This document shows positions 47,435 through 57,280 of a stretch of 64,000 nucleotides of DNA, piece after piece; the first letter of the stretch is position 1, and every line of letters begins with the position of its first letter. Origin of the DNA: a virus. Taxonomy: Duplodnaviria > Caudoviricetes. The DNA is taken from IMG/VR virus record IMGVR_UViG_3300029305_002366, positions 1 to 64,000 of that record; one strand, 5' to 3'. The position numbers and the translations under genes were made by a program. A model generated the notes under the pieces. The model did no database searches and was not told the DNA's origin. It worked only from the letters and a program-made list of their open reading frames with translations.

Positions 47435-47869
47435 TTATACCGTTATAGTCTTTTTCTCAATTTTAAATGGTACAATATTCTTCTTGGGGATAGCATATCC
47501 CATAGCCTTTTCAATAGCATCTTCTTCAATGAAATATGCACTATCAATAAAACTATTTGCCTTGTCTGAATATATAACAGGTTCGCCAACAATAATAGAA
47601 TTATTATTATAAACTGTTATCATCATGTTTCCATCATGGTCTATCGCTGTCTTGATATCATCATCAAAATATTCTGCTGTCTCAATATCAGTAGCAAGCG
47701 ACTTGCCATTCAGAACTTTACCATTAAGATTTTCAATCACGCCTTGATAGTCTTTATAGTTAACTACAATGATTGCATGACCATTGTCCATTACAGTGAA
47801 AAGAAATTCTTCAATAAATTTGTCATAGGACTCATACTTTCGATAATTAGCATCAATCATTTGACTCAC
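47435..47869 (-). CDS. hypothetical protein
   Basis: ORF with RBS, overlaps upstream gene. Confidence 0.65.
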   Translation of the reverse strand: MSQMIDANYRKYESYDKFIEEFLFTVMDNGHAIIVVNYKDYQGVIENLNGKVLNGKSLATDIETAEYFDDDIKTAIDHDGNMMITVYNNNSIIVGEPVIYSDKANSFIDSAYFIEEDAIEKAMGYAIPKKNIVPFKIEKKTITV

Positions 47870-48224
47870 CGCCTACAAGAATTATTTTATTGATTCCTTC
47901 ATTTTCAACAAGAAATTCCTCTGGTCTATGTGTGCCTATTGAGTTTTTATCAATAACATAAACACCTATTCCTCTGGCAATTCTTCCATCATCAAAATAA
48001 GCTTTCTGAATCCAGATAGTATTATCCTCGTCAAACGTAAGAAGAAATGCACCCTCATACCCATCCCACTCAGGGGATTCCAAATGTACACCTTCTATAA
48101 TAGTATCAGGCAACGCTATAAGCATCTTAGCAACTTCTCTTACATTTTCAAAATTTGACACATAAGTTACAACGTTATCATTATGTGACTTAATCATCTT
48201 CTTGAATATTTTCTTTGCTTTCAT
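47853..48224 (-). CDS. hypothetical protein
   Basis: AAGGAG RBS; ESPEWDGY motif. Confidence 0.65.
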   Translation of the reverse strand: MKAKKIFKKMIKSHNDNVVTYVSNFENVREVAKMLIALPDTIIEGVHLESPEWDGYEGAFLLTFDEDNTIWIQKAYFDDGRIARGIGVYVIDKNSIGTHRPEEFLVENEGINKIILVGGESND

Positions 48225-48537
48225 AATTGAAAGTCTCCTTTACAGCTTTAGTTAATTCCTTACCTGCCACAAAAACAGGACAGATTGTTGGTGGTTTAAT
48301 TACCTTTTCGCCACGCTTACTTGGGTTTGCGTATGCTTTTGAATTACGATGTTTTATTTTAAAAGTTCCAAAGCCACGAATATTTACGTCATTACCGCTG
48401 ACAAGAACATTTGTTATTGCTGTTGCAAAAACATCTATTAAAATTCCACATACTCTTTTATTTAAAAATTCACCATCTGTCACTTCTGCAAAGGCTTTCT
48501 GCATTTCATCAATCAATTGTTTTCTTTGCAGTTTCAT
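48190..48537 (-). CDS. hup: HU-family DNA-binding protein
   Basis: IRGFGTFKIKHRNSKAYANP...PVFVAGKELTKAV; start re-assigned to MKLQRK. Confidence 0.85.
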   Translation of the reverse strand: MKLQRKQLIDEMQKAFAEVTDGEFLNKRVCGILIDVFATAITNVLVSGNDVNIRGFGTFKIKHRNSKAYANPSKRGEKVIKPPTICPVFVAGKELTKAVKETFNYESKENIQEDD

Positions 48538-48547
48538 AATATCATCC

Positions 48548-49729
48548 TTAATGTAATGTAACAGGATATATACATTCAATACCCTCATGGTTACATATAG
48601 CAACTGTCTGTGAGGGTTTACCTGTTAATCTCTTTTCAATAGTGTAATCATCTCCACTACCGCCAAAAGAACCTGACCTTATAAATTTAATATCAGAGAT
48701 ATCGTCCATAGCCGCAGAGTGCATATGACCACAGAATACTCCTGATGGTTTATACCCCATAGCAAGAACAAGATTTGCTAATCCCTGTTTATTGAATGGG
48801 TCATAGTCTCCATGTACCACCCAATACTTTTGACCACAAACATCAACTTCACCAAGACTTGTATCTTTGTTTTCTATATATTCAAAGTTGTCAAGATGGG
48901 AAAGTGATTTATTAACATACCAACCGATAAGTTTATCAAGACGTTCATCTTTAAGAGCGTCATCTTTCTTATCAATTCTTGAATGATTTCCAGACACATT
49001 AACAAATCTAACAGAAAAATTCTTACATAGTTCTCCTATAAACTCTGAAATATATTCAGAAGCAAGAATAATCTGTTCGATAACAGTTTCCCTATTTGTG
49101 ACCTGTATAGACTTATGGATAGAACCACTTATCAAATCACCAATTCCAAGAACCACGACATTATTAACGTTATGTCTTTTTCCAATAGACTTTACTTCCG
49201 AACAATACTCCGCAAGTCTACGTTCTGCAATATCAGAATTATATTTACCCCACATACTATTGTATTCTGCGCCAATATGTAGGTCACTCAGACATACTAC
49301 CATTGTTTCATTACCATTTAATACAAAAGGGGAGTAGTTAGGATTAAACTTACGTCTACCTGTTTCTTCAATAACCTGTTCAAGATAATCAAGTTTCTGT
49401 TCAATTCTTGCATCGGCATAATTTTGTCTTTGCCATGCGTTACGTTCGTCACGAAACTGAATCTTTGCACGTTCAAGTTCACGCTTCTGAACATCAACCT
49501 CAGTTGTATCACCTGTGAAATCAGGGTCTATGTCTTTACAAGCTAACTTCATATCACAATATGACTGATATTTCTTTCGATACGTTGACTCATTATAATC
49601 TTTTTTTAGCCTTGTATTTAATATGTCTCTGATTTTATTCCAATCTCCCGTAAGGTCTTTACGAGAACATACATCAAATATTTCTCGCAATTCGGATTGA
49701 GTAAACTTTTTGTTAGCCGAGATTCCCAA
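48548..49729 (-). CDS. metallophosphoesterase (SPbeta YonJ-like position)
   Basis: SDLHIG, GDLISG, GNH, VHGD, GHMH. Confidence 0.85.
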   Translation of the reverse strand: MGISANKKFTQSELREIFDVCSRKDLTGDWNKIRDILNTRLKKDYNESTYRKKYQSYCDMKLACKDIDPDFTGDTTEVDVQKRELERAKIQFRDERNAWQRQNYADARIEQKLDYLEQVIEETGRRKFNPNYSPFVLNGNETMVVCLSDLHIGAEYNSMWGKYNSDIAERRLAEYCSEVKSIGKRHNVNNVVVLGIGDLISGSIHKSIQVTNRETVIEQIILASEYISEFIGELCKNFSVRFVNVSGNHSRIDKKDDALKDERLDKLIGWYVNKSLSHLDNFEYIENKDTSLGEVDVCGQKYWVVHGDYDPFNKQGLANLVLAMGYKPSGVFCGHMHSAAMDDISDIKFIRSGSFGGSGDDYTIEKRLTGKPSQTVAICNHEGIECIYPVTLH

Positions 49730-49741
49730 TCATATTCCTCC

Positions 49742-50062
49742 TTATGCAAGGTCAATACTTTCGTTAACAGAAAGACTTACTTCACAATTATTAAATGCTT
49801 CAAGATACTCCGAAATAGGTGTTGCTTCACCATCTTCATTTACAATATAAATAATCTTCTCATCGGCATCAATATTAAGAACACCTTTGAGACTAACTGT
49901 TGTTTTCTTTGTTGCCATACTTGACTTACTCATAGTTATATCCTCCAAATTTATTCCTTGTTTTAGTAATTCTGCGTTAATGTCAATGTGACCATACTTT
50001 CTTTTTAATTTGATGTTTTGTCCAATGAAAGGTTTATCATTTGGTATAGCATAAACAGCCAT
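49742..50062 (-). CDS. YonK-like protein with two in-frame starts
   Basis: C-terminal VSLKGVL...LEAFNNCEVSLSV; RBS+ATG at 50062 and 49933; yonK position. Confidence 0.6.
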   Translation of the reverse strand: MAVYAIPNDKPFIGQNIKLKRKYGHIDINAELLKQGINLEDITMSKSSMATKKTTVSLKGVLNIDADEKIIYIVNEDGEATPISEYLEAFNNCEVSLSVNESIDLA

Positions 50063-50131
50063 ATAATCACCTACATATCGCATTATTTATTTTAATAGAT
50101 TTCTGCAAAATTAAATTAGTGCAGAATAATA

Positions 50132-51571
50132 TTAGAATGTTATTTTATCACCCATAACAGGTGTGTGAACCTTTGAAGTTTTATTTGCTGAACTCAATTC
50201 TTTACGAAGCAATTCTGCAAATTCTTTCTTGCCATCACTCTCGCTATGAACAAGATATATTTTGTTATAATTCATTGAAGTGTATCTTTCAAGCAACTCG
50301 CTTCTACAAGCGTGACTTGAAAATGAAACTAATTGCATTACATTGGCTCTACTTCTTATTTGTTCTCCGTCAATGTTTACGTATTTCTTACTGTGCTGAA
50401 TTTGATACGCAACGCTATCTTTGTCACCTGCATAGCCACATAACATAACTCTCGCATTTTCATTCGGTAATATAGATTTGAGCCATGAAACAATACGTCC
50501 ATTCTTTAAGAAATTGCTTGTACTAATTACTACTTGCGAGGTTTTTAACTTCTGCCATTCCTGAGAATTTTCAAAGCTATCAACCCATACAATGTTTTTC
50601 CAATTAATAACTCTTTTCCAAAGGTCATTATCCTTTTCAATTAACTTGTCCCATATGTCAGATACCTTTTTACCAAGTGGGGCATCAATAACAATTGGTG
50701 TCGCAAATGATTCATCATCACCGTATATCTTGTATAATGTAGTTAATATATCTTGTAAACGATTCAAAGAGAATGAACCAAACAAAACCTTTTGTGTATC
50801 ATATTGGCAACATTGGTCAACAACACATTTTATTTTTTCAATATCCTTATCTCTGTCTTTTTGTTTATGTGTCTTATGACTACCACCATAAGTACATTCA
50901 GCCAAGACAATATCAGAGTAGGGAAGTGGCTCATATGATAAGATATAATCTTTATCAATATCAGAACCAATATCTCCTGTGTATGATAATGTCTTTATAG
51001 TTTCACCAACCTTAAATGTCAAATGAATCTGTGCGGCATTTACAATATGACTGGCATGATAATATTTCAAAATCAAATCATCAAACAGAACAATATTTTC
51101 ACCGAATGGTAGTTCAACCAAATGCTCCATTGCAACTTCTATATCCTCTTGTGTATATAATGGAGTAGCTTTCATATCGTAACGCTTTTCTAATTTTACA
51201 CAATCACTTTCAAATATCTTCAAACTATCTTCCCACATAATTCGTGCAAGATATTTATTTCCTTTTGGAATATAAATATTACCCTTGTAACCTCTTGCAA
51301 AAAGATAAGGTACAATTCCTATGTGGTCTATGTGAGCGTGACTAATTATCACAGCATCAAGGTCAGCAAATGGGACTTTATAATTCCTATGATTGACCTT
51401 ATATTGTTTAAGGATATCATCAGACGAGGTTTGATAAAGACCTGTATCGAGAAGTATTTGTTTATCGTTGAATGTGACGAAGTACATACTTCCTGTTACT
51501 CCGTCACCACTCTTGCCAACTATTTCAATTTTAATCTTATCCTTGCTTTTAGCCATGAGGACATACCTCAC
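50132..51571 (-). CDS. metallo-beta-lactamase beta-CASP nuclease
   Basis: VTGS, LDTG, SHAHIDHIG, YTGD, ECTYG, FSSHA. Confidence 0.88.
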   Translation of the reverse strand: MRYVLMAKSKDKIKIEIVGKSGDGVTGSMYFVTFNDKQILLDTGLYQTSSDDILKQYKVNHRNYKVPFADLDAVIISHAHIDHIGIVPYLFARGYKGNIYIPKGNKYLARIMWEDSLKIFESDCVKLEKRYDMKATPLYTQEDIEVAMEHLVELPFGENIVLFDDLILKYYHASHIVNAAQIHLTFKVGETIKTLSYTGDIGSDIDKDYILSYEPLPYSDIVLAECTYGGSHKTHKQKDRDKDIEKIKCVVDQCCQYDTQKVLFGSFSLNRLQDILTTLYKIYGDDESFATPIVIDAPLGKKVSDIWDKLIEKDNDLWKRVINWKNIVWVDSFENSQEWQKLKTSQVVISTSNFLKNGRIVSWLKSILPNENARVMLCGYAGDKDSVAYQIQHSKKYVNIDGEQIRSRANVMQLVSFSSHACRSELLERYTSMNYNKIYLVHSESDGKKEFAELLRKELSSANKTSKVHTPVMGDKITF

Positions 51572-52326
51572 TTTTCAGAACATTCATGTTCATTACAACA
51601 GTCACAAGACATATCACTCATAAAAGAAAATATTTCTTCCATTTCAATATCCTTGCCAATGATACCATCGACCATCCCCATATCCACAAGGTCATCTGCA
51701 AAGAACCAACAATCATGCGGAGACATATCTTCAAGTTCCTTTACCGTAAATTTAGTTCTTGCCGCAATAGCCTTATTATATCTATTAGTCAGACGAGGGG
51801 AGAATTTAGCCCAATCCTGTGCCTTTGTTGTCGTAGATATAGGATTGTATTCATAACCATCATGTACCATAAATGTTGCATCTGCAACAGACAGCCTTGT
51901 ATGGCAAACCGCAAATACTCCAAAAGCCATGCTTGCACACATACCAAGACATACACCAATTACAGGAGTAATAGAACTCTGAATAGCGTTCACTAATGCC
52001 ATACCTATAATTGCATTGCCACCAGAACTATTTATTACTAAAGTAATAGGCACTCTCTCGTCCCTTGACTTACCAGAATCTTCTCCGTTTATCTTGCATA
52101 TTTGTAGAATAAGCGTATGGAGAACATCATCGTCTACTTCTCCATCAAGATAAAGAATCCTATCTGCCCTATCTTCAAGGTAAAGTCTTTCAGCCAGTCC
52201 GATGCTCATTATGGTTTGCATACCACTCTGCATTTCTACAAGTTGCTCAGGTGTGATTTCTACATATCCCTCTGGAATATTAGTTGTTTCTTCAATCTTT
52301 GTTTCTGGTTTCTTTTTGTTAGCCAT
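51568..52326 (-). CDS. clpP: ClpP-like protease
   Basis: INSSGG, GMCASMA (Ser), FMVH (His), DCWF (Asp), GMVDGI. Confidence 0.85.
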   Translation of the reverse strand: MANKKKPETKIEETTNIPEGYVEITPEQLVEMQSGMQTIMSIGLAERLYLEDRADRILYLDGEVDDDVLHTLILQICKINGEDSGKSRDERVPITLVINSSGGNAIIGMALVNAIQSSITPVIGVCLGMCASMAFGVFAVCHTRLSVADATFMVHDGYEYNPISTTTKAQDWAKFSPRLTNRYNKAIAARTKFTVKELEDMSPHDCWFFADDLVDMGMVDGIIGKDIEMEEIFSFMSDMSCDCCNEHECSEK

Positions 52327-52395
52327 TAATATTTCCTCAATTCATTTAAGTTACTATCATTAAAGATAGCCCTCTGTGTATAACAGGGGATATTA

Positions 52396-52587
52396 TTACT
52401 TACTATTATTGCTAAACTTTTCTGCCTGTTCCTTGCGATACTGTTCAAGTTTTCTGATAGCATCTGCTTCATTAGGACAGAAATACTTGCCACGCTTACT
52501 ACCATCTCTTTTAAGTCTGCAAGTCTTTGGACAATGAATACCCTGAGACATAAGTGCCTGTGCTTCATCACGGTTAATCTGAATCAT
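52396..52587 (-). CDS. hypothetical protein
   Basis: First small ORF after the RNA polymerase intergenic region. Confidence 0.6.
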   Translation of the reverse strand: MIQINRDEAQALMSQGIHCPKTCRLKRDGSKRGKYFCPNEADAIRKLEQYRKEQAEKFSNNSK

Positions 52588-52625
52588 TAATTATTTCACT
52601 ACTTTCAATTTATTTATCATACCTC

Positions 52626-52654
52626 TTGACTTTTTAACTTTGATATGGTATGAT
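52626..52654 (+). promoter_or_regulatory. sigma-A promoter, antisense to the late operon
   Basis: TTGACT-N17-TATGAT with TGn extended -10. Confidence 0.7.
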
Positions 52655-52659
52655 ATATT

Positions 52660-52778
52660 GGGAGATTGTACGTATAAAAAGATAAGAGGAACACAAGTTC
52701 TATCTTATGTTCCTCATCACTTTAAGAGTTGCTTGTAACTTATGCGGTTGTACTTTCTCCATATAGCCCCAGTTTTTT
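52660..52778 (+). ncRNA. candidate structured small RNA
   Basis: Starts at the expected +1; GGAGA/TCTCC, CGTATAA/TTATGCG and GAGGAACA/TGTTCCTC stems with G-U pairs on the + strand. Confidence 0.5.
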
Positions 52779-52818
52779 GTTACGACACCCTTAACAAATG
52801 GCTATTTATAGGCGAATA

Positions 52819-55455
52819 TCAAACATTTTCGGTGCGTGACATACTTCTTTGTTTACGTTTTCTTAATGTTGCTAATATTGTTTTTTGTTTCTTCTGACAT
52901 TCTTCACATCTGCATTTACCGTTTACTCTCTTTATCTCAGCACCACAATCAATACAAGTGTAGCCGTATTTAGTTTTGTTGGCTACAATGTTTTCATAAA
53001 CAATATCACCATATATCGTAAAGAAGAACTCTTTATATCTAATGTCCTTAAACACCGTATGTTCCTTAAACATATCCTTGACAAGCATATCACATATTTC
53101 GTATTGAGCATAATCAAATTTCTGCATTTCTGAAATAATATCATTAATAACTATTGCATTGGTTTCTTCTTCTTTATGTTTCTTTAATTTAGCAGTTGAT
53201 ACCATGTCACTATATGTTCTAAGTACATTCTCGTCTACTTCTATGTTAGGATTGTTCATAAGCATACGATAATCAAATCTTTTTTTATCTTCAAACGAAA
53301 GTTTAAATTCATTTTCTGGATATAGTGTAAAGATTCTATTTACAATACAATCATTAAGAGATTCTACCTGTGTTTCTTTCTTGTCCTTTGCGTAAGTAAA
53401 GAAAGCAGGTAATTTCTTATTGACATACTTTGATATTGTTTCCTTAATTTGCTTTGGCGGTGTACTCTTATATAAAGTCTTGGCAAAGTCAATTACTTCG
53501 TTATTTACCATACAAAGATATTTCAAACAGTCAATGGCTTCTTGTCTTGTCTCAGGTGTTCTGATTTCCTGACTGTTTTTTATCTTACTGATATTATTTG
53601 ACACTACTCCAATATTGCCACCTGTAAAGGCAGTTGATAGTCCTCTGTATCTGCTTTCGCTTGTAACCTGTTCTTTTGCCGCCTTACGCATATTATAGTA
53701 CAAGGGAACAACACCCATTTGATTTCTTTTTGCAACGCTAATAATATTATCATCCTGTAATATCAACGTCTTGTCTCCGTCTACATCGAATTGGAGAACC
53801 TTACTAATAACATCATGTGTACTTGTATAGCAAGCATTAGTTGTAAACCATTTCTGAATTTTAGAATTAACAACATTATTCCTTATAGCGTGTTCAAAAT
53901 ATAAATGAGGGCTTCTTAAACAATCAACTTCCTTATTAAATTCATGAAGATTACAATATACATCACCGTTTGCAAGCAAACCATTTGGTATTTGATTACC
54001 CTCAAATAACCATTCACAAAAAGCATATAGGTCTGGCAAAAGGAAAGTGTAATATCCATTGACTCTAAACTTAGCCGAATATAAATCTTTGATAAGTTTC
54101 TTTCTGGAATCACGCAGTTTCTCTCTAAAAAAGTTATCCTTGATTAGTCCGTTATATTCAATAAGACATTTCTGCATACCATTGTACTTGTTATAAGATT
54201 TACCATCCCTAATACCAAACTGTTCAAGCTGAACTTGTTTATCAGTGCAAATGCCATTAATTAAACTCACGCTGTCAGCGCACATCTTCTTTAATTCAGA
54301 ATCCTTATAATCAATAAAACTCTGAATCATCTGATAATTGATACTTGCTTTCTTGTAATAGTTTTCTTCAACATTACATTTACCTGCATGGCAATTATAT
54401 TTTTTAAACCTATTCTTATAATCTTCCCAACTGTCATAATAGGCATACATTTTAAGCTGAGATTTAGTAAGAATGATTTGAATATTATCTTCAATAATAT
54501 CCCATTCCTTGCCCCAAATATCTTTTACTATGGACGAACACTTGTTTTCAATAATAAATCTTTTGAAGTCAAATACCCCAAGTAATCCTTTGACCCACGG
54601 CATCCTGACCATAAAGTTTTTACTACTCAGTTCTGGACTTATCATTCCGCATCCATCGGTATGAGGAATTGGCACAGGCATAGTTTGACGAGTAATACTA
54701 TAATCTCTATCGTCAACATAATCAACCTCAGTGATAACATTAGTTTCAAAATCATCAACAACAATACAACGGTCAATATCAAAGTCAGTCCATTCCTCTG
54801 TTGCTGAATTACAAAGAGCAAGATACGCATTGTATTTATTAAGATTCATACCACCCTTTTGATTAACTTCTTCGATTGAAAGACCGCATGATAGTCTATT
54901 CCAATTTAGGTTAAGCAAATCTTCTCTAACGAAAACAGCCTTCTTTGTTCGTATCTGACCTGCACTACTTGCAAAATACACATACTTATTTCCATTATAA
55001 CCGAATCCACTATGAATCATATTTTCAAGAACTTCAAAATAAAATACCGATATTACCATAATCTGCTCATTGACAGTTGTGTTTTCAACTGTCTGTCTTA
55101 CATTAAGGTTTAAAGGTATCATACCAAAACAACGAGTTAGTTCACTGTCGAATATAGATATTCTATTGCGAGGATTTAACTTTAAAGGATTAATGTATCT
55201 ATAACGATTCATATTCCCTCTCATCATTGACAAGAGAATTTCTTTTAAAGTTGAAAGTTGTCTTGATACTTCCTTGTATTTTTTTTCCAAAACAAATCTT
55301 ACGGCATCACAAATATTTTTATCTTCAAGCAATGTTTTATATTGATTCTTCTGTTCTCTTATTTTATACATTTTCTGCTCTACGTTTCTTTCATCGTCAA
55401 AGTAAAATGCAGAGGTATCTATACCATAAATACAATACTGTTTATCTAATGCCAT
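52819..55455 (-). CDS. yonO: YonO-type single-subunit DNA-dependent RNA polymerase
   Basis: SSAGQIRTKK, HTDGCG, RMPWVKG, LRSPHL, QFDVDGD catalytic motif, C-terminal Zn ribbon; SPbeta synteny. Confidence 0.9.
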   Translation of the reverse strand: MALDKQYCIYGIDTSAFYFDDERNVEQKMYKIREQKNQYKTLLEDKNICDAVRFVLEKKYKEVSRQLSTLKEILLSMMRGNMNRYRYINPLKLNPRNRISIFDSELTRCFGMIPLNLNVRQTVENTTVNEQIMVISVFYFEVLENMIHSGFGYNGNKYVYFASSAGQIRTKKAVFVREDLLNLNWNRLSCGLSIEEVNQKGGMNLNKYNAYLALCNSATEEWTDFDIDRCIVVDDFETNVITEVDYVDDRDYSITRQTMPVPIPHTDGCGMISPELSSKNFMVRMPWVKGLLGVFDFKRFIIENKCSSIVKDIWGKEWDIIEDNIQIILTKSQLKMYAYYDSWEDYKNRFKKYNCHAGKCNVEENYYKKASINYQMIQSFIDYKDSELKKMCADSVSLINGICTDKQVQLEQFGIRDGKSYNKYNGMQKCLIEYNGLIKDNFFREKLRDSRKKLIKDLYSAKFRVNGYYTFLLPDLYAFCEWLFEGNQIPNGLLANGDVYCNLHEFNKEVDCLRSPHLYFEHAIRNNVVNSKIQKWFTTNACYTSTHDVISKVLQFDVDGDKTLILQDDNIISVAKRNQMGVVPLYYNMRKAAKEQVTSESRYRGLSTAFTGGNIGVVSNNISKIKNSQEIRTPETRQEAIDCLKYLCMVNNEVIDFAKTLYKSTPPKQIKETISKYVNKKLPAFFTYAKDKKETQVESLNDCIVNRIFTLYPENEFKLSFEDKKRFDYRMLMNNPNIEVDENVLRTYSDMVSTAKLKKHKEEETNAIVINDIISEMQKFDYAQYEICDMLVKDMFKEHTVFKDIRYKEFFFTIYGDIVYENIVANKTKYGYTCIDCGAEIKRVNGKCRCEECQKKQKTILATLRKRKQRSMSRTENV

Positions 55456-56350
55456 TTCCCTGTTCCTTCACTTTCTCCACAATTTTTTCAAATAGCCTTT
55501 CATCTTCTACAAACTGCCTATTGTATTTCGCCCACCACTGGGCTACAATATCACTTGGCTCAGTTTTTAATTCTCGTTCAAGATTCATATATCTTAATCT
55601 ACATATTAACTTTCTATCTTCAACGGACAACTTATAATAACCATGGTTTAATATCTCATAGTTTAATGTTCTTGCACACGATGCCTGCTCTATTGTAATC
55701 TTCCTCCAATATTCATTCCATTTATCTTCATTTTCAAACCAACGCTGTTTATATTCACCATGCATCCCCTCAGTAAAACCTACAAGAACAGCCGTATCTT
55801 TATAAGGTGATATTGTTTTGTATTCTTCTTTGCGATTCTTATTCCAGTTTATATTGCACCCTATATAATAATAACCATCTGTATCTTTCCATACTGTATA
55901 TCCGTAAACTTTGCAAATAGCTTTACCGCACAGCTTCTTAACTTCTTTCAAAGAGAATAACCAACCACACTTCTTATCAGGAACAGGTTTTAAATACATA
56001 TCAACAAACTCATGCGCTGTACAAGTAGACCATAAGGCAGGTGCTATAAGTCTACCACCATTAATACGATATTGAACTAAGTCATAATATCTTCCGTCCG
56101 TTTCATCTTTACTGATTCTGTAAGTACAATAATTACAACCAATATTAACCTCTCTGTATTCTCTACCTTTATTGTCTCTGTGGACTATTGGTAATTCCGT
56201 AAGCCTATCAAACAATTCTTGTGGATAGGGGAGAGGTATAATATCACTTCCATTATCAATTGTACTTGAATATTTCTGTCTTACTTCTTCTGCCGTACTG
56301 CCATACAACATGAATGGTTTACCTAAGTATGTTACCTGCCAACGCTTCAA
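55442..56350 (-). CDS. hypothetical protein
   Basis: 302 aa, AAGGAG RBS, overlaps yonO start. Confidence 0.7.
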   Translation of the reverse strand: MKRWQVTYLGKPFMLYGSTAEEVRQKYSSTIDNGSDIIPLPYPQELFDRLTELPIVHRDNKGREYREVNIGCNYCTYRISKDETDGRYYDLVQYRINGGRLIAPALWSTCTAHEFVDMYLKPVPDKKCGWLFSLKEVKKLCGKAICKVYGYTVWKDTDGYYYIGCNINWNKNRKEEYKTISPYKDTAVLVGFTEGMHGEYKQRWFENEDKWNEYWRKITIEQASCARTLNYEILNHGYYKLSVEDRKLICRLRYMNLERELKTEPSDIVAQWWAKYNRQFVEDERLFEKIVEKVKEQGNGIR

Positions 56351-56383
56351 TACAATTCACTCCTTGTATACAATTTACTCTTT

Positions 56384-56698
56384 CTACATATTTCCTCTCA
56401 ATGTTATTATTTCTTTTCTTAGCAAATCATTTTCTTCTTGAATTAATTTAATCTGAGATTTTAATTCTGATATCTGTTCTCTCATTAAATTTGAATATTC
56501 TCCAAGAAATGATTCAACTGTTTTATGAGCATCCGTGTTTTTAGAAGCCCAATTGCGCTTATTCATTTTCCTTCGGTAAGCCGCACACTCAGGGCAGTAT
56601 TTAATTCTTATATGACTCATCCAATCCGTATTGGGGTCATTGATATCACTTATTTTTTTTCCACACATTTCACAAAACTTTACATCAGGACAATTCAT
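56384..56698 (-). CDS. Zn-finger/coiled-coil protein
   Basis: CEMC...CPEC then basic region and leucine-zipper-like tail. Confidence 0.65.
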   Translation of the reverse strand: MNCPDVKFCEMCGKKISDINDPNTDWMSHIRIKYCPECAAYRRKMNKRNWASKNTDAHKTVESFLGEYSNLMREQISELKSQIKLIQEENDLLRKEIITLRGNM

Positions 56699-56791
56699 AT
56701 ACCCTCCCCTTTCGTCAATAGTAGTTAAAAATTTATAGATTAATCTACCTCAAAGGTAAAAATACTTCTTTAGTTTCGGTAGGGGAGTGGC

Positions 56792-57280
56792 TTAAAAATA
56801 TACTTTTGTATCATCACCCAAAGTCTCAATATCTCTTGTTGGCTTTTCTGCTACATACTCATCATCTGTTTTAAACTCTGTTCCTACCAAGTTGCTTCTT
56901 AACTTCAACTTGTATATACCTGTTTTAATATCAGGCGCAAGGTTAGTCAACTCGATGTTCGCTAATTCAGTCAGGGCATTTGCATTAGCTGATTTCTTAT
57001 CAGTGATATAAATATCGTAAGCATATATTTGACCGTCCATTTCTGATTTCCAAGATAAATTAAATACCTTGTAGTTTTCATTCTTTTTATCACATATGTT
57101 TACATCAGTAAGTAATCGGTGTAATGTCATTGCCCTATCTCGTTTTAACATTAAGTCTGAAACTTCTTGGTCAAACCTTACCACATCAAGCTGAGATTTT
57201 TTTAACTTGATGTATTTATAAAGTTTGAAGCTACCCACTCCCACACCGATGTAGGTAAGAAGTAATAACAAATCGCCCAT
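56792..57280 (-). CDS. N-terminally membrane-anchored protein
   Basis: GGGGGTGA RBS; LLLLLTYIGVGVGSF followed by basic residues. Confidence 0.65.
   Translation of the reverse strand: MGDLLLLLTYIGVGVGSFKLYKYIKLKKSQLDVVRFDQEVSDLMLKRDRAMTLHRLLTDVNICDKKNENYKVFNLSWKSEMDGQIYAYDIYITDKKSANANALTELANIELTNLAPDIKTGIYKLKLRSNLVGTEFKTDDEYVAEKPTRDIETLGDDTKVYF

Noticed and set aside
47188-47612. ORFs 47188-47385, 47345-47569 and 47364-47612 as proteins
   Set aside because: No RBS or motifs; region better explained by RNA structure and by the 47435-47869 gene
52686-52722. Hammerhead ribozyme (GTGATGAG followed by a stem on the - strand)
   Set aside because: Core is GUGAUGA rather than CUGAUGA and no GAAA follows the stem
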